Origin: Peptococcaceae bacterium SCADC1_2_3
Lineage (GTDB): Bacteria > Bacillota > Desulfotomaculia > Desulfotomaculales > Nap2-2B
Length of the DNA stretch: 64,000 nucleotides
Reading direction: 5' to 3'
NCBI GenBank assembly: GCA_000681355.2
Contig: JJNX02000001.1
Span: 1,555 to 65,554, forward strand
Below are positions 29,366 to 41,366 of this stretch, one piece after another. The notes under the pieces were generated by a model, which saw nothing but the letters and a program-made list of their open reading frames with translations, did no database searches and had not been told where the DNA came from. The position numbers and the translations under genes were made by a program. Each line of letters begins with the position of its first letter. Positions within the stretch are counted from its first letter, which is position 1.

Positions 29366-30151
29366 TTACTGATTTTTAAATTCCGGCTTGCGTTTATTTA
29401 TAAACGCTTCCATTCCCTCCTGGTGGTCAGAAGTGGTAAATACCAGGCCAAACAAGTCAGCTTCGTGGATTAAAGCTTTTTCCACATCCATTTCCAGGCC
29501 TTCATTAATTGCTTCTTTGGATAGTTTCACCGCTACCGGGCCACGTGCCGCAATCCGCTTGGCCATATCTTTGCAATAGCTCAATAATTCATCTGCCGGT
29601 ACAATGTGGTTAACTAACCCAATTTGTTGCGCAAACTGGACATCGTACGTATCGGCGGTAAATATTATTTCTTTAGCCAAACCGGGGTTGACCAACCGGG
29701 TTAACCTTTGGGTCCCCCCAAAACCAGGAAGAAGACCCAGGTTTACTTCTGGTTGACCAAATTTAGCTTTATCAGAAGCAATGCGTATATCACAAGCGCA
29801 AGCCAGTTCGCAACCGCCGCCCAAAGCAAAACCATTAATGGCGGCGATTACGGGAATAGGTAAATTCTCAATTTTACTGAATACTACCTGACCTAAGCGA
29901 GAAAAGTCCTTTGCTTCTAAAGGGGAAAGTTTGCTCATGTATACAATGTCCGCACCGGCAATAAAAGCCCTGTCTCCTGCCCCGGTAATAATGAGGGCTC
30001 TAATTTGGGAATCTCTTTTCATCTCCTCTAAAGCCGCGTCTATTTCCGCAAGGGTTTCTGCGTTAAGGGAGTTTAAAACCTTTGGCCGGTTAATAGTTAA
30101 TACGGCAATTTTATCTTCCTTTTCTACGGTAATATTACTCCAATGATGCAC
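29366..30151 (-). CDS. crt: Enoyl-CoA hydratase (crotonase)
   Basis: AFIAGADI, GFALGGGCEL, GQPEV and PGFGGTQRL. Confidence 0.92.
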   Translation of the reverse strand: MHHWSNITVEKEDKIAVLTINRPKVLNSLNAETLAEIDAALEEMKRDSQIRALIITGAGDRAFIAGADIVYMSKLSPLEAKDFSRLGQVVFSKIENLPIPVIAAINGFALGGGCELACACDIRIASDKAKFGQPEVNLGLLPGFGGTQRLTRLVNPGLAKEIIFTADTYDVQFAQQIGLVNHIVPADELLSYCKDMAKRIAARGPVAVKLSKEAINEGLEMDVEKALIHEADLFGLVFTTSDHQEGMEAFINKRKPEFKNQ

Positions 30152-30172
30152 TTATTTTCACCCCCGGTATTT

Positions 30173-31459
30173 TTAACTTCCTTGACTCAAGACCATGGCA
30201 ATACCCTGTCCGCCCCCAATGCACATAGACGCAAGGCCAAGATTAACATTTCTTCGCTTCATCCCGTAAAGTAAACTTACTACCAGGCGTGCTCCCGTAC
30301 AACCTATGGGATGCCCTAAAGAAATACCGCTGCCATTTACATTGGTTTTGGCTAGATCAAAATTTAATTCCCTCATACAAGCAATCGCTTGTGAGGCAAA
30401 GGCTTCGTTTAATTCAATAAGCTCAAAATCAGTTAGGGCAACGCCGGCTTTTTGCGCGGCTTTCTTTACGGCCGGAATGGGACCTAATCCCATAAAAGCC
30501 GGGTCTACCCCTCCCGATGCATAAGACTTTATAGTTCCTAGCGGAGTAAGGCCTAACTCGGCTGCTTTTTCCTTAGCCATTACCACTACCGCCGCCGCAG
30601 CATCATTTATTCCCGAAGCGTTTCCGGCGGTAACCGTTCCTCCTTTTTTAAAAGCCGGGGCTAGTTTACCCATTTTTTCCAGGCTTGTGTCCATAGGACG
30701 CTCATCCGTATCAAATACTAACGGTTCCCCTTTTTTTTGAGGGATAATTACCGGCACAATTTCTTCTTTAAAAAGACCATTTTTGATCGCAGCCCGAGCC
30801 CTTTGGTGGCTTAAAAGCCCTAGTTCATCTTGTTCCTGGCGGGTGACGTTAAATTTCTCGGCTATATTTTCCGCGGTAATGCCCATGTGGTAACCGTAAA
30901 AAATTTCCCATAATCCATCATGAACCATTAAATCTACCATTTCCGCGTTAAACATCCGGGCGCCCCACCTGGCTTTAGGCATAAAATAAGGGGCCATACT
31001 CATATTTTCCATCCCGCCCGCAATAATAACGTCGGCTTCACCAGTCATAATCGCCTGGGCCGCCAAAGCAATAGCCTTTGCCCCTGAACCGCAAATTTTA
31101 TTTATCGTAAAGGCGTTTGTTTCTTTGGGTATACCCGCGTATATTGCTGCTTGCCGGACCGTATTTTGACCTTGCCCTCCTTGAAGGACATTACCCATGA
31201 TAACTTCATCTACGTAAACTTCTTTTAAAGAACTGTCCCAATCCGCCTGTTTTTTTTCCAGTTCTACTAAACCAACATCTCTAAAAGCCTCCGGACTGCA
31301 CGCCCGAACATCCTCTCTAACCACCGGCCTTAAACCGGCTTTTTTCATCGCTTCTTTAATAACCAATGCCCCCAACTTTACCACAGAAACATCTTTCAAT
31401 GCACCGCCAAAGCCCCCAATGGCAGTCCTTACTCCACTTACGATTACCGCTTCTCGCAT
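30173..31459 (-). CDS. Acetyl-CoA C-acetyltransferase (thiolase) with a ~35-aa N-terminal insertion
   Basis: NKICGSG, NEAF, GHPIG and CIGGGQG. Confidence 0.93.
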   Translation of the reverse strand: MREAVIVSGVRTAIGGFGGALKDVSVVKLGALVIKEAMKKAGLRPVVREDVRACSPEAFRDVGLVELEKKQADWDSSLKEVYVDEVIMGNVLQGGQGQNTVRQAAIYAGIPKETNAFTINKICGSGAKAIALAAQAIMTGEADVIIAGGMENMSMAPYFMPKARWGARMFNAEMVDLMVHDGLWEIFYGYHMGITAENIAEKFNVTRQEQDELGLLSHQRARAAIKNGLFKEEIVPVIIPQKKGEPLVFDTDERPMDTSLEKMGKLAPAFKKGGTVTAGNASGINDAAAAVVVMAKEKAAELGLTPLGTIKSYASGGVDPAFMGLGPIPAVKKAAQKAGVALTDFELIELNEAFASQAIACMRELNFDLAKTNVNGSGISLGHPIGCTGARLVVSLLYGMKRRNVNLGLASMCIGGGQGIAMVLSQGS

Positions 31460-31490
31460 TCTTGCCGGATACCCTCCTTTTTGTTTTTTA

Positions 31491-33560
31491 TCATATTGTC
31501 CTGGCTAATAATTCAGCCACATCGTAGGTCTTAATGGTTTCGCTTACTTCCTTATCCTTTAAACCGTCTTCAAACATGGTTAAACAAAACGGACAATTAA
31601 CCGCAATAGCTTGAGGATTAACGGCTAAAGCTTGCTCTGTCCGGGCGGTGTTAATACGTTTACCGTGCTCTTCCAGCCACATCCGCCCTCCCCCGGCTCC
31701 ACAGCAAAAACTTTTATTAAGGTTTCTTTTCATTTCTATAATTTGTAAACCTGGGATAGCCCGGAGAATCTGACGCGGGGCAGTATACTCATCATTGTAA
31801 CGACCCAGGTAACAAGAATCGTGGTAAGTAATTTTTAAGCTTTCTTCACCTGAACCAATTTTTACCTTACCTTCTTTAATTAAGCGGATGATTAACTGGG
31901 TATGATGAATAACTTCAAAATTACCTCCAAACTGCGGGTATTCATTTTTCAGGGTGTTAAAGCAGTGCGGGCAAGCCGTAATAATTTTCTTGACCCCATA
32001 ATTTTTCATGTTATCAATATTTTCCTGAACCAGGCTTTGGAATAAGTATTCGTTCCCTAGCCTGCGGGCAGAATCACCACAACATTTTTCCTCTGCTCCT
32101 AAAATGCCGAAACTAATCCCTGCCGCCCGGAGAATCTTTACCAGCGAGATAGATACTTTTTTAATCCGCTCGTCAAACGAACCGGCACAACCTACATAAT
32201 ATAAATACTCCACGTTGCTATCTTCACTTAATTCCTTTACCCCTAAACCGGCTGCCCAATCGCCGCGTGTTTGCCACCCGATCCCCCAGGGGTTAGAATT
32301 ACGTTCCATATTGGTAAAGGCTAACTGAGCCTCCCCGGGAAAATCACTTTCGTCTAAAACTAAAGCCCGTCTCAAACCAACCACTTTCACAATGTGCTCG
32401 TTAAAAACAGGACATTCTTCCTGGCAAGCCCGGCAAGTAGTACAGGCCCAAATTTCATCCGTACTGATTCTTTCACCAACTAATTTTTTTACTTCCTCTT
32501 CTTCACTACCTTCCCCTTCGGCTGCCTCAGCCTTTTTGGTAACCGCAAAGCTAATGTGTCCGCCCGCTGTACTTACGGCTACTTTAGGGGCCACAGTTTC
32601 TTCTATTTGTTCTTTTATTTCGGCTAAAATCTTCTTAGGTGAAAGAGGCTTTTCGGTTAAGTATGCCGGGCAGTTATCCTGGCAGCGGCCACATTCAGCA
32701 CAGGCATAGGAGTCCATTAAGTCTTTCCAGGTAAAATCAGCAATTTTATTAACCCCGAAAGTTTCTCTTTCTTCATCTTCAAAGTTAATGGATTCAATAT
32801 TTGCTCCCTTTGGCCCCAGGTGCCTCATGAAAATATTTAAGGGGGCAATCGCGGGATGAATTACCGGTGAATAACGGAAGGAAACCAAGAGTCCAAAAGC
32901 AAAAATCATTTGAATCCACCAAAATGCAAACTCCCAAAAACGGGCGGAAACGGGGTTAAGACCAGCAAACCAACCGGCAACCCAACTACTGATAAAAGCC
33001 AGGGTATAACGTTCCGGTTCTCCGGGAATGGAAGCAGTAGCCACTATTTTACAGCCGTAGGAAAGGAAATAAAACACAACCATAAAGGTAATCATTGATA
33101 TAAGCAAAACAATAAGCCGTTCTTCTTTCCAGCCGCCGGTATCTAAACGGGGTACTTTTTGGACGTACCGGCGAAAACCTGAATAAATAATTCCCACTAA
33201 AGCAAAAAGCCCGACAATATCGGCAATTAAATACCAAACAGGGCTCCTGAAGAGAACGGCGCCAAACAACCGCTCGCACATTAAGTGAACAATAGCTAAG
33301 GCAAAAATGGCAATGCCCCAAAAATGAAGAAAATGCATTACCCCGCCCTCAGCCTGACGGAGAATTTTTGGCTGACCTACCGCGTGGGTGATTGTTCCCC
33401 ACAAGCGTTTATCTAACCGGTCATTACGGCTGGTGGATTGACCTAAAGTAACTTTAGTAAATAATTCCAACGCTCCCATGGCAAAAAAGTATAACGCTAT
33501 GGCGCCAACAATTGCGAAAATTACAATTCCCAAGGTGCTGAGCATTGATGGGTTAATCAT
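31491..33560 (-). CDS. Membrane FeS oxidoreductase (DUF224/FadF; ETF:menaquinone oxidoreductase type)
   Basis: N-terminal TM helices, two 4Fe-4S motifs (CAECGRC..CP, CTTCRAC..CP) and two CCG domains; follows etfBA. Confidence 0.88.
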   Translation of the reverse strand: MINPSMLSTLGIVIFAIVGAIALYFFAMGALELFTKVTLGQSTSRNDRLDKRLWGTITHAVGQPKILRQAEGGVMHFLHFWGIAIFALAIVHLMCERLFGAVLFRSPVWYLIADIVGLFALVGIIYSGFRRYVQKVPRLDTGGWKEERLIVLLISMITFMVVFYFLSYGCKIVATASIPGEPERYTLAFISSWVAGWFAGLNPVSARFWEFAFWWIQMIFAFGLLVSFRYSPVIHPAIAPLNIFMRHLGPKGANIESINFEDEERETFGVNKIADFTWKDLMDSYACAECGRCQDNCPAYLTEKPLSPKKILAEIKEQIEETVAPKVAVSTAGGHISFAVTKKAEAAEGEGSEEEEVKKLVGERISTDEIWACTTCRACQEECPVFNEHIVKVVGLRRALVLDESDFPGEAQLAFTNMERNSNPWGIGWQTRGDWAAGLGVKELSEDSNVEYLYYVGCAGSFDERIKKVSISLVKILRAAGISFGILGAEEKCCGDSARRLGNEYLFQSLVQENIDNMKNYGVKKIITACPHCFNTLKNEYPQFGGNFEVIHHTQLIIRLIKEGKVKIGSGEESLKITYHDSCYLGRYNDEYTAPRQILRAIPGLQIIEMKRNLNKSFCCGAGGGRMWLEEHGKRINTARTEQALAVNPQAIAVNCPFCLTMFEDGLKDKEVSETIKTYDVAELLARTI

Positions 33561-33587
33561 ATCACCTACCCCTTCCTAATTAAACTC

Positions 33588-33619
33588 GGGGACACTCAAC
33601 TATGGGGTTGAGTGTCCCC
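33588..33619. terminator. 13-bp stem-loop between etfA and the FeS oxidoreductase (partial terminator or mRNA stabiliser)
   Basis: GGGGACACTCAAC / GTTGAGTGTCCCC; only a weak U-tract on the coding strand. Confidence 0.55.
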
Positions 33620-33630
33620 TTGTTTAAAGT

Positions 33631-34611
33631 TTAAGCCTTTAGCTTTTTAATTTCTTGAGTTAACACTGGTAAAACCTCAAATAGATCACCAACAACCCCA
33701 TAATCAGAGCTCTTGAAGATATTGGCTTCAGTATCTTTGTTTACAGCTACAATAACTTTAGAGGAACTCATCCCTGCCAAGTGCTGAATAGCTCCAGAGA
33801 TACCGGCCGCAATATAAAGATTAGGGGAAACAGTTTTACCTGTTTGTCCTACCTGCATGCTTAATGGTACCCAACCAGCATCAACGGCCGCGCGGGATGC
33901 ACCTACGGCTGCTCCTAAAACATCGGCTAAATCTTCCAAAAGCTTGTAATTCTCCGGTCCCTTCATTCCCCGTCCACCAGAAACAATAACGTCAGCCTCC
34001 GTAAGTTCGGGACGGGCACTTACCTGCCGGATAACATCTTTCACTGTTATACGGATGCTACCCACATTAGCCGGGACATTAATTACCTCAGCACTTTTTC
34101 CGGCTTGCGGTTCGTCTACCGGTAAAACATTAGGCCGGATAGTAGCCATAACCGGTCGTGCTTCAGGAATCGTTGCGGTAATCACTGCTTTGCCGGCGTA
34201 TATAGGCCTGGTAAATACTATCTGGCCATTTTCTACCGCCACATTTATACAATCAGTTAATAAGCCGGTGCCTAGTCTTTGCGCTACCTGAGCCGCCAGA
34301 TCCCGGCCGGTAATAGAACAACCCAGTAAAAAAGCCGTTGGTTCGTTTTGTTTAACCAGATCAGCAACCACATTTGTATAGGCGTCGATAGTATAATTTT
34401 CCAAGGCGTCATTTTCAATCACGTATACTTTATCTGCCCCGTATTCACCTAAAATACCGGCTAGCGAGCTTACGCCTTTACCTACCAGGACAGCACTCAC
34501 CTCTTCGCCTAATTGACTGGCAATTTTTTTCCCTGCGCTTAACAATTCGTAAGTTACTTTTTTAATTTTTCCATCCCGTTGTTCCGCAAAAACTAATATT
34601 CCTTTGGCCAT
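33631..34611 (-). CDS. etfA: Electron transfer flavoprotein alpha subunit
   Basis: [21 protein letters not shown] and GISGAIQH. Confidence 0.95.
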   Translation of the reverse strand: MAKGILVFAEQRDGKIKKVTYELLSAGKKIASQLGEEVSAVLVGKGVSSLAGILGEYGADKVYVIENDALENYTIDAYTNVVADLVKQNEPTAFLLGCSITGRDLAAQVAQRLGTGLLTDCINVAVENGQIVFTRPIYAGKAVITATIPEARPVMATIRPNVLPVDEPQAGKSAEVINVPANVGSIRITVKDVIRQVSARPELTEADVIVSGGRGMKGPENYKLLEDLADVLGAAVGASRAAVDAGWVPLSMQVGQTGKTVSPNLYIAAGISGAIQHLAGMSSSKVIVAVNKDTEANIFKSSDYGVVGDLFEVLPVLTQEIKKLKA

Positions 34612-34623
34612 AATTTTCCCTCC

Positions 34624-35397
34624 TTAGATGATTTTTGCTTCTTCACGTAATGCCTTGGCTAAAGCTGCCGCGGCTTCAGCCGGTTCGCCAGGAATAATCT
34701 TTCCGGCCGCGCGTGCCGGAGGTAAAGAGTAATTTAATACTTTTACTTTTGCCGCTACCTGACTTGCATCCAGACCCAAGTCACCAAGCCCTATCTTTTT
34801 TAAAGGTTTTTTCTTAGCCTGCATTATCCCTTTCATTGAAGGATAGCGCGGCTCATTTAAACCTTTTTGGGCTGTAATTACAACCGGCAAAGGCACTTCC
34901 ATTACGGCACTGCCACCTTCAATGTCAGACGTAGCTACCGCCTTACCCCCGTCTACCTCTAACTTGGTTACCATATTTACCACCGGAAGATTAAGAATTT
35001 CCGCTACCCGTCCGGCTACCTGGGCTGAACCATCATCAATAGCCCGAAAGCCGCCTATAATAAGATCATATTCCAGGCCGCTAACTGCTTTAGCTAAAAT
35101 TGTGGCGGTGGTATATTCGTCAATATCTTCTGTCCCAGGGTTAACTAAAATGCTCTGATCAGCGCCCATGGCTAGAGCTTGCCGTACGGCTTCTGTTGCT
35201 TCATCGGGTCCCACCGTAACCACGGTAACCTCTCCGCCATGTTTTTCTTTAAGCTTAAGAGCTTCTTCTACGGCGTATTCATCATAAGGGTTCATAATCA
35301 AACTAATTCCCTGCCGGCTAATCTTACCCCCCCCTAGGACAACTTTTGCCTCCGAGTCAAAGGTTTGTTTTACTAAGGCGACAATTTTCATGCTCAT
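34624..35397 (-). CDS. etfB: Electron transfer flavoprotein beta subunit
   Basis: MNPYDEYAVEEAL, ALAMGAD and NEPRYPS. Confidence 0.95.
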   Translation of the reverse strand: MSMKIVALVKQTFDSEAKVVLGGGKISRQGISLIMNPYDEYAVEEALKLKEKHGGEVTVVTVGPDEATEAVRQALAMGADQSILVNPGTEDIDEYTTATILAKAVSGLEYDLIIGGFRAIDDGSAQVAGRVAEILNLPVVNMVTKLEVDGGKAVATSDIEGGSAVMEVPLPVVITAQKGLNEPRYPSMKGIMQAKKKPLKKIGLGDLGLDASQVAAKVKVLNYSLPPARAAGKIIPGEPAEAAAALAKALREEAKII

Positions 35398-35425
35398 CCT
35401 CCTTGTATTATTAATTAATTATTAA

Positions 35426-36565
35426 TTACCTTAGAATACTATTGGCAATAACAATCCGCTGTACTTCACTGGTACCTTCGTAAATCTCCGTAATTTTAGC
35501 GTCTCTCATCATTCGTTCTACCGGATACTCCCGGCTATATCCGTAACCGCCAAATATTTGCACCGCCTTGACGGTAACCCACATTGAACACTCGGCCGCG
35601 TAAAGCTTGGCCATAGCCGATTCCTCTGTATGAGGTTGCCCTGCATCCCTTAAATAAGCAGAATGAAGGGTTAGCAGGCGGGCAGCTTCAATGCGGGTAT
35701 GCATATCAGCCAACATCCATTGGATCCCCTGGTTGGCCGAAATTGGCCGGCCAAATTGCTCCCGTATCTTACTGTATGCCAGTGCCTGTTCATAAGCTCC
35801 CTGCGCAATGCCAACTGCTTGGGCCGCAATACTAATTCTGCCTCCATCTAGAATAGCCATAGCAATTTTAAAACCTTCACCATCTGAACCCAGCATATTT
35901 TCTTTAGGGACACGACAATTTTCAAAAACAAGCTCATATGTATAAGAAGCACGAATACCCAATTTGTGCTCTTTTTTTCCAAAAGTAAAACCAGGGGTAT
36001 CTTTTTCTACTACAAAAGCAGCTGTGCCGCGGTGTTTTTTTGCTTTATCCGTACTAACTATGATCACATAAATATCGCCTTTACCGCCATTAGTAATAAA
36101 AGCCTTGGTACCATTTAAAATATAGTCGTTACCATCGGGTACCGCTGATAATTTAACAGCGCCTGCATCTGAACCGGCAGAAGGCTCGGTTAGACCTAAA
36201 GCCCCAAGCTTTTTTCCTTCGGCCAGGGGCACCAAAAACCTTTGTTTTTGTTCTTCATTTCCAAAGGCATAAATGGGCCAACTGCAAAGGGAAGTATGGG
36301 CAGCAATTACTACGCTGGAAGAAGCGTCAACCCGGGCTAATTCCTCGGTAGCAAGGGCATAGCTTATGTAATCCATTTCCGCCCCGCCATATTTTTCAGG
36401 GAAAACAATCCCCGTTAGCCCCATTTCCGCCATCTTGTCCCATAATGACCAATCATAATCTTCTTTTTCATCCATTTCCGCTGCTTTGGGGCCTATTTCA
36501 TTTTCAGCAAAGTCCCGGACTGTTTTACGGAGTAATTCTTGCTCCTCGGTGAGCTTAAAATTCAC
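35426..36565 (-). CDS. bcd: Butyryl-/short-chain acyl-CoA dehydrogenase
   Basis: LTEPSAGSD, FITNG, REQFG, GGYGY and IYEGT. Confidence 0.88.
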   Translation of the reverse strand: MNFKLTEEQELLRKTVRDFAENEIGPKAAEMDEKEDYDWSLWDKMAEMGLTGIVFPEKYGGAEMDYISYALATEELARVDASSSVVIAAHTSLCSWPIYAFGNEEQKQRFLVPLAEGKKLGALGLTEPSAGSDAGAVKLSAVPDGNDYILNGTKAFITNGGKGDIYVIIVSTDKAKKHRGTAAFVVEKDTPGFTFGKKEHKLGIRASYTYELVFENCRVPKENMLGSDGEGFKIAMAILDGGRISIAAQAVGIAQGAYEQALAYSKIREQFGRPISANQGIQWMLADMHTRIEAARLLTLHSAYLRDAGQPHTEESAMAKLYAAECSMWVTVKAVQIFGGYGYSREYPVERMMRDAKITEIYEGTSEVQRIVIANSILR

Positions 36566-36719
36566 TAATTCATCCTCCTTGTTTTTAATTTTTTACTTCT
36601 AGTAAAGTAACCCAAATTAGTAGCTTAGACTTATCACCTTCTTTAAATTATTTTAATAAAGACTACCTCTATCTAAGGTTAAAAAAAAGGTAAATTATTT
36701 AACTTAAATTTTGTTAGTT

Positions 36720-36750
36720 ATATTCGACATAGAAGATAAAAAACCCTGCT
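36720..36750 (-). promoter_or_regulatory. Putative sigmaH-type promoter of the bcd-etfBA operon
   Basis: GCAGGG-18-GAAT on the minus strand. Confidence 0.5.
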
Positions 36751-36808
36751 ATGTTTAAAAAGATTATTAAAAACTTTTTAAAAAAATTATAAGACTCCCT
36801 TAGTTATT

Positions 36809-38302
36809 TTAAATGGTTTCGGCGAGCTTTTTATTCCTTGATAGGGCATCCTGATACAATTGAAGATATTCAACTGCGGAACGCGCCCAGGAAAAATCTA
36901 ACTCCAGGGCTGTCTTAGATAATTTTTGCCATTGAGCATAATTTTCCCGGTACATTTTTAAAGCCCGCTCAATTACAAAATAAAAGGCTTTTGAGTTATA
37001 CTCGGTAAATGTAAAACCATTTCCTGAACCGGTAAGAGGATTATAGTTATTAACCGTATCAGTCAGACCACCGGTAGCCCGGACTACAGGTATAGTTCCG
37101 TAACGCATGGCAATCAATTGGCCTAAACCGCAGGGTTCATATTTAGAAGGCATTAAAAATATATCGGCTCCCGCATAAATACGTTGGGCTAATATAGCGT
37201 TAAAGCCAATATAAACCCCTAATTTTTCCGGAAAACGATTTTTTAATTCTTTAAATAAATCCTCGTAGTAACGTTCCCCGCTCCCTAAAATTAATAATTG
37301 AACCTCTAATTCCATTAGTTTTTCTATAACCCCGGCAATTAAATCCAACCCTTTCTGGTCCACCAGTCGTGAAATTATACTCAGTATGGGTACGTCTTTT
37401 ACCGGCAAATTAAATTCCTTTTGAAGGTAATACTTATTTTCTTTTTTATTTTCAAAATTATTTTGGTCGTAATTCCGGTAAATACGAGGGTCCGTTTTAG
37501 GATTAAATTCATGATAATTAATGCCGTTAACAATACCGTATAAATCACGAGAGCGCTTACGCAAAAGACCATCCAGCCGTTCCCCTGTTTCGGGCTGCTG
37601 AATTTCTGCCGCGTAAGTTTTACTTACCGTATTTATTACGTCTGCAAAAAGAATTCCGGCCTTAATATAGCTGACGGTACCGTAAAACTCAAGTAAATCC
37701 GGGGTAAAATAACTATCGTTAGCTCCCAATAAAGATAAAGTTTCTTTAGGAAAATTACCTTGGTATTGCAAGTTATGAATAGTAAATAAGGTAACTATTT
37801 TACGGTAAAAAGGGTGATGGAAAAGGTACGTTTTTAAAAAAAGAGGGATGGGGCCGGTTTGCCAGTCGTTGCAATGAATAATATCCGGTTGCCAGTTTAA
37901 CTTGGGTAACATTTCTAGTGCAGCGCGACAGAAAAAAGCAAAACGGGCGGCCTCATCAGCAAACATATACATTCCGTCACGGTAAAAATAATAATGGTTG
38001 TCTACCAGGTACACTGGGATAAAACGGTGCTCACCATTATACTTTGCCTCAATGGCAGCTTCCCGTACAATTGCTGATTCTGTCCGGGTAATCATGTTTA
38101 CCGGAAAGTCAATTAAATACTTGGCCCCTTCGATACCTTTATAATGGGGTAAGGTTATCCTTACGTCATTACCCGAATGATTATTACTTACGGTAGCCAA
38201 AGCCTTAGGAAGAGAACCGGCTACATCGGCCAGTCCTCCTGTTTTGGCAAAAGGCACTGCTTCAGAAGCCACAAATAAAATTTTTAAAGGCCGGTCAAAC
38301 AT
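36809..38302 (-). CDS. glgA: Glycogen synthase
   Basis: KTGGLADV, HCNDWQ and EPCGLGQ. Confidence 0.95.
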   Translation of the reverse strand: MFDRPLKILFVASEAVPFAKTGGLADVAGSLPKALATVSNNHSGNDVRITLPHYKGIEGAKYLIDFPVNMITRTESAIVREAAIEAKYNGEHRFIPVYLVDNHYYFYRDGMYMFADEAARFAFFCRAALEMLPKLNWQPDIIHCNDWQTGPIPLFLKTYLFHHPFYRKIVTLFTIHNLQYQGNFPKETLSLLGANDSYFTPDLLEFYGTVSYIKAGILFADVINTVSKTYAAEIQQPETGERLDGLLRKRSRDLYGIVNGINYHEFNPKTDPRIYRNYDQNNFENKKENKYYLQKEFNLPVKDVPILSIISRLVDQKGLDLIAGVIEKLMELEVQLLILGSGERYYEDLFKELKNRFPEKLGVYIGFNAILAQRIYAGADIFLMPSKYEPCGLGQLIAMRYGTIPVVRATGGLTDTVNNYNPLTGSGNGFTFTEYNSKAFYFVIERALKMYRENYAQWQKLSKTALELDFSWARSAVEYLQLYQDALSRNKKLAETI

Positions 38303-38476
38303 ATTCTTATCCCCCTTTTATATTTTTAATCAAGCTAAAGCCCTTAAGGTAAAGTTACCGCAAAATAATCTTTTTTATGCAAATCTGACTAATTTCAAGA
38401 TAATATTTTTAATCTAAGCAGGAAAATGTCAACGAAGGGCGAAAATTGATACAAAAGGGGAGAAGGAAGTTAATTT

Positions 38477-39154
38477 ATGTTAACTAAAGAAATAGTTAGT
38501 ATTAAGGGTACTCGCGAGGGATTGGTTATAGTTTTTGATCCCAACTATGAATTTGAGGAAATAAAAAAAAGCTTACGAAATAAAATGGAAGCAGCCAACA
38601 ATTTTTTTAAGGGGGCAAAATTTACCTTTGGGCGGGCAGTTCAAGCTATTTCCAGTCAGCAGCGTTTAGAAATTGAAAATATTTGCCAACAGTACGGTTT
38701 GGTTCCCTTCCCTAAAGCCTCTTCCTTGGCCTTTGAAGGAAAAAATATTAAACTTTTTTTAAAAGATCCGGTATTAAACAATGGTCTATCAGAGCAAGCC
38801 TGGCTGGTGCCGTGCCCGTTGCGTTCAGGACAAGAGATAAACTGCCCTGGTCACTTAGTTGTAATCGGTGATGTTCACTCTGGGGCAAAAGTTGCGGCGG
38901 CAGGAAATGTAGTGGTTATGGGCACCTGTGCCGGTACTGTCTGCGCCGGGGAAAAAAATAATTACCAGGCCGTTATTATAGCCCTGAGTATTGATAAAAA
39001 AAGTTGTCTTGTTATTGCCGGGGTAAATGCCGAGCCTGGGGTTAATTCCAATAGTCTAAAAAAACAAGCCCAAATCGCCTTTTTAGAAGGTCAAAAAATA
39101 GCTATTGAACCTTATCCTAAAAATAAGTTAATATTTGTCGAAACCACAGAATAG
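38477..39154 (+). CDS. minC: Septum site-determining protein MinC
   Basis: IKGTREGL N-terminus; LRSGQ and GDVHSGA.V.A.GNVVV.G. Confidence 0.85.
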   Translation: MLTKEIVSIKGTREGLVIVFDPNYEFEEIKKSLRNKMEAANNFFKGAKFTFGRAVQAISSQQRLEIENICQQYGLVPFPKASSLAFEGKNIKLFLKDPVLNNGLSEQAWLVPCPLRSGQEINCPGHLVVIGDVHSGAKVAAAGNVVVMGTCAGTVCAGEKNNYQAVIIALSIDKKSCLVIAGVNAEPGVNSNSLKKQAQIAFLEGQKIAIEPYPKNKLIFVETTE

Positions 39155-39234
39155 TGGTTTTTTTAATTGATTTTTTAAGTATAAAATAATATAATTTTCT
39201 ATAAATATGAAATTCATTAAAGGGGTGATTTTAA

Positions 39235-40932
39235 GTGAGCGGCTTGAAAGTGGAGGATTTGATTCTGGCCGGCGACGAAAAGCTTGCCGAAATTAAAGCA
39301 AACCAGGAAAAATGGTTAGAAGAGCGCCAAAAAATAAAAGACCGGCCGGATAAATTTGAAACAGTTTCCGGTATGTCTGTTAATGATCTTTATACTCCTT
39401 TAGATCTTAAAGATTTTGATTACCAAAAAGATTTAGGTTTTCCAGGTCAATATCCTTATACCCGGGGAGTACAACCCAATATGTACCGGGGACGTTTATG
39501 GACTATGCGTCAGTTTGCCGGTTTTGGAACAGCCAAAGATTCGAATCAACGTTATAAATATCTTTTAGCCAAAGGGCAAACGGGGCTCAGTGTTGCTTTC
39601 GACATGCCTACAATTATGGGTTATGATAGCGACCACCCGCGTTCCCTGGGAGAAGTTGGACGGGTAGGGGTGGCCATTGATTCTCTCCAGGACATGGAGA
39701 CTCTTTTTAGCGGTATTCCTTTGGATAAAATCAGCACTTCCATGACTATTAATGCCCCGGCGGCTATTTTATGGGCCATGTACATTGCCACCGGAGAAAA
39801 ACAAGGGGTTCGTTCGGAGCAACTTACCGGAACCATTCAAAATGATCTTTTAAAAGAATACATCGCCCAAAAATCTTGGATTTTTCCTCCCGAACCTTCT
39901 TTACGAATTATTACTAACATTTTTGAATATGCCTGCCGGCATGTTCCCCTCTGGAACACCATTAGTATTAGTGGCTACCACATTCGGGAAGCAGGCTCCA
40001 CCGCAGTGCAGGAATTGGCCTTTACTTTAGCTGATGGTTTTGCTTATGTCGAAGCTGGTATTAAAGCAGGTTTGAACGTTGACGACTTTGCCCCCCGTTT
40101 ATCCTTTTTCTTTAACGCCCACATGGATTTTTTTGAGGAGATAGCTAAATATAGAGCCGCCCGCCGGATTTGGGCCCGCCATATGAAAGAAAAACACGGA
40201 ACCAAGAACCCGCGTTCCTTGATGCTGCGTTTTCACACCCAAACCGCCGGCTGCAGTCTTACCGCCCAACAACCCGAAAACAATATTATCCGTACGGCTT
40301 TCGAAGGCTTAAGTGCCGTCATGGGCGGAACGCAATCACTGCACACTAACTCCATGGATGAAGTATTAGCCCTGCCTTCGGAAAAAGCCGTGGAAATTGC
40401 TTTACGCACCCAACAAATTATTGCTCATGAAACAGGAATAGCTAACGTTATTGATCCTTTGGCCGGCTCCTATTTCGTGGAAGCTTTAACTAATAAAATG
40501 GAGGAAGAAGCGGAAAAATATTTTGCGGAAATTGAGCGGCGGGGCGGTGTTTTAGCCTGCATTGAACAGAATTTTTTCCAACAAGAAATTGCCGATGCTG
40601 CTTACAGTTACCAAAGAAATATTGACGCTAAGGACCGTATTATGGTAGGGGTTAATGAATTTGTTAATCCTGACGAAAAAATAGAAATGGACCTTTTAAA
40701 AATTGATCCCCAGGTGGAAAAAGAACAGGTAGCGCAGATCCAAAAATTACGACGCGAAAGGGATAATCTTAAGGTTAACGAAACATTGGATGCCTTGCGC
40801 CGGGCTTTTCAGGACAGTGAGAACGTTATTCCTTACATTTTGGATTGCGTAAGAGCTTATGCTACGGAAGGCGAAATAATTCAGGTAGGACGGGAAGTTT
40901 TTGGTGAATACAGAGAAAAACCTGTTTTTTAA
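39235..40932 (+). CDS. icmA: B12-dependent acyl-CoA mutase large subunit, isobutyryl-CoA-mutase type
   Basis: [10 protein letters not shown] (Phe where MCM has Tyr) and KEYIAQK (Gln where MCM has Arg); GYHIRE. Confidence 0.75.
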   Translation: MSGLKVEDLILAGDEKLAEIKANQEKWLEERQKIKDRPDKFETVSGMSVNDLYTPLDLKDFDYQKDLGFPGQYPYTRGVQPNMYRGRLWTMRQFAGFGTAKDSNQRYKYLLAKGQTGLSVAFDMPTIMGYDSDHPRSLGEVGRVGVAIDSLQDMETLFSGIPLDKISTSMTINAPAAILWAMYIATGEKQGVRSEQLTGTIQNDLLKEYIAQKSWIFPPEPSLRIITNIFEYACRHVPLWNTISISGYHIREAGSTAVQELAFTLADGFAYVEAGIKAGLNVDDFAPRLSFFFNAHMDFFEEIAKYRAARRIWARHMKEKHGTKNPRSLMLRFHTQTAGCSLTAQQPENNIIRTAFEGLSAVMGGTQSLHTNSMDEVLALPSEKAVEIALRTQQIIAHETGIANVIDPLAGSYFVEALTNKMEEEAEKYFAEIERRGGVLACIEQNFFQQEIADAAYSYQRNIDAKDRIMVGVNEFVNPDEKIEMDLLKIDPQVEKEQVAQIQKLRRERDNLKVNETLDALRRAFQDSENVIPYILDCVRAYATEGEIIQVGREVFGEYREKPVF

Positions 40933-40961
40933 GTACAGAAGAAGAAAGGAAAGATATTTTA

Positions 40962-41366
40962 ATGGCTAAGGTTCGGGTATTAATGGCTAAGCCGGGCTTG
41001 GACGGTCACGACCGGGGCGTAAAAGTAGTGGCCCGTGCTTTAAGAGATGCCGGGATGGAAGTAGTTTATACGGGCCTGCACCAAACCCCGGAAGAAATTG
41101 TTGAAGCGGCAATCCAGGAAGACGTAGATGTAGTTGGACTAAGTATTCTTTCCGGAGCTCATATGACTATAATCCCGCGGGTTAACGAACTCCTTAAGGA
41201 AAATGGGGCCGCTGATATTGCAGTCATAGGAGGAGGGACCATACCGGAAGAAGATGTTTTGGCTTTAAAAGAAGGTGGTTGGGCAAAAGAAATATTTACC
41301 CCCGGTACACCTTTAGAAACTATTGTAGAATGGATTAATTCTCATTTAAAGACCGAAAATAATTAA
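40962..41366 (+). CDS. icmB: Acyl-CoA mutase B12-binding small subunit
   Basis: [10 protein letters not shown] (DxHxxG), SILSGAH and GGGTIP. Confidence 0.8.
   Translation: MAKVRVLMAKPGLDGHDRGVKVVARALRDAGMEVVYTGLHQTPEEIVEAAIQEDVDVVGLSILSGAHMTIIPRVNELLKENGAADIAVIGGGTIPEEDVLALKEGGWAKEIFTPGTPLETIVEWINSHLKTENN

Noticed and set aside
39235-40932. Methylmalonyl-CoA mutase
   Set aside because: Lacks the Tyr and Arg carboxylate-binding residues (has Phe and Gln)
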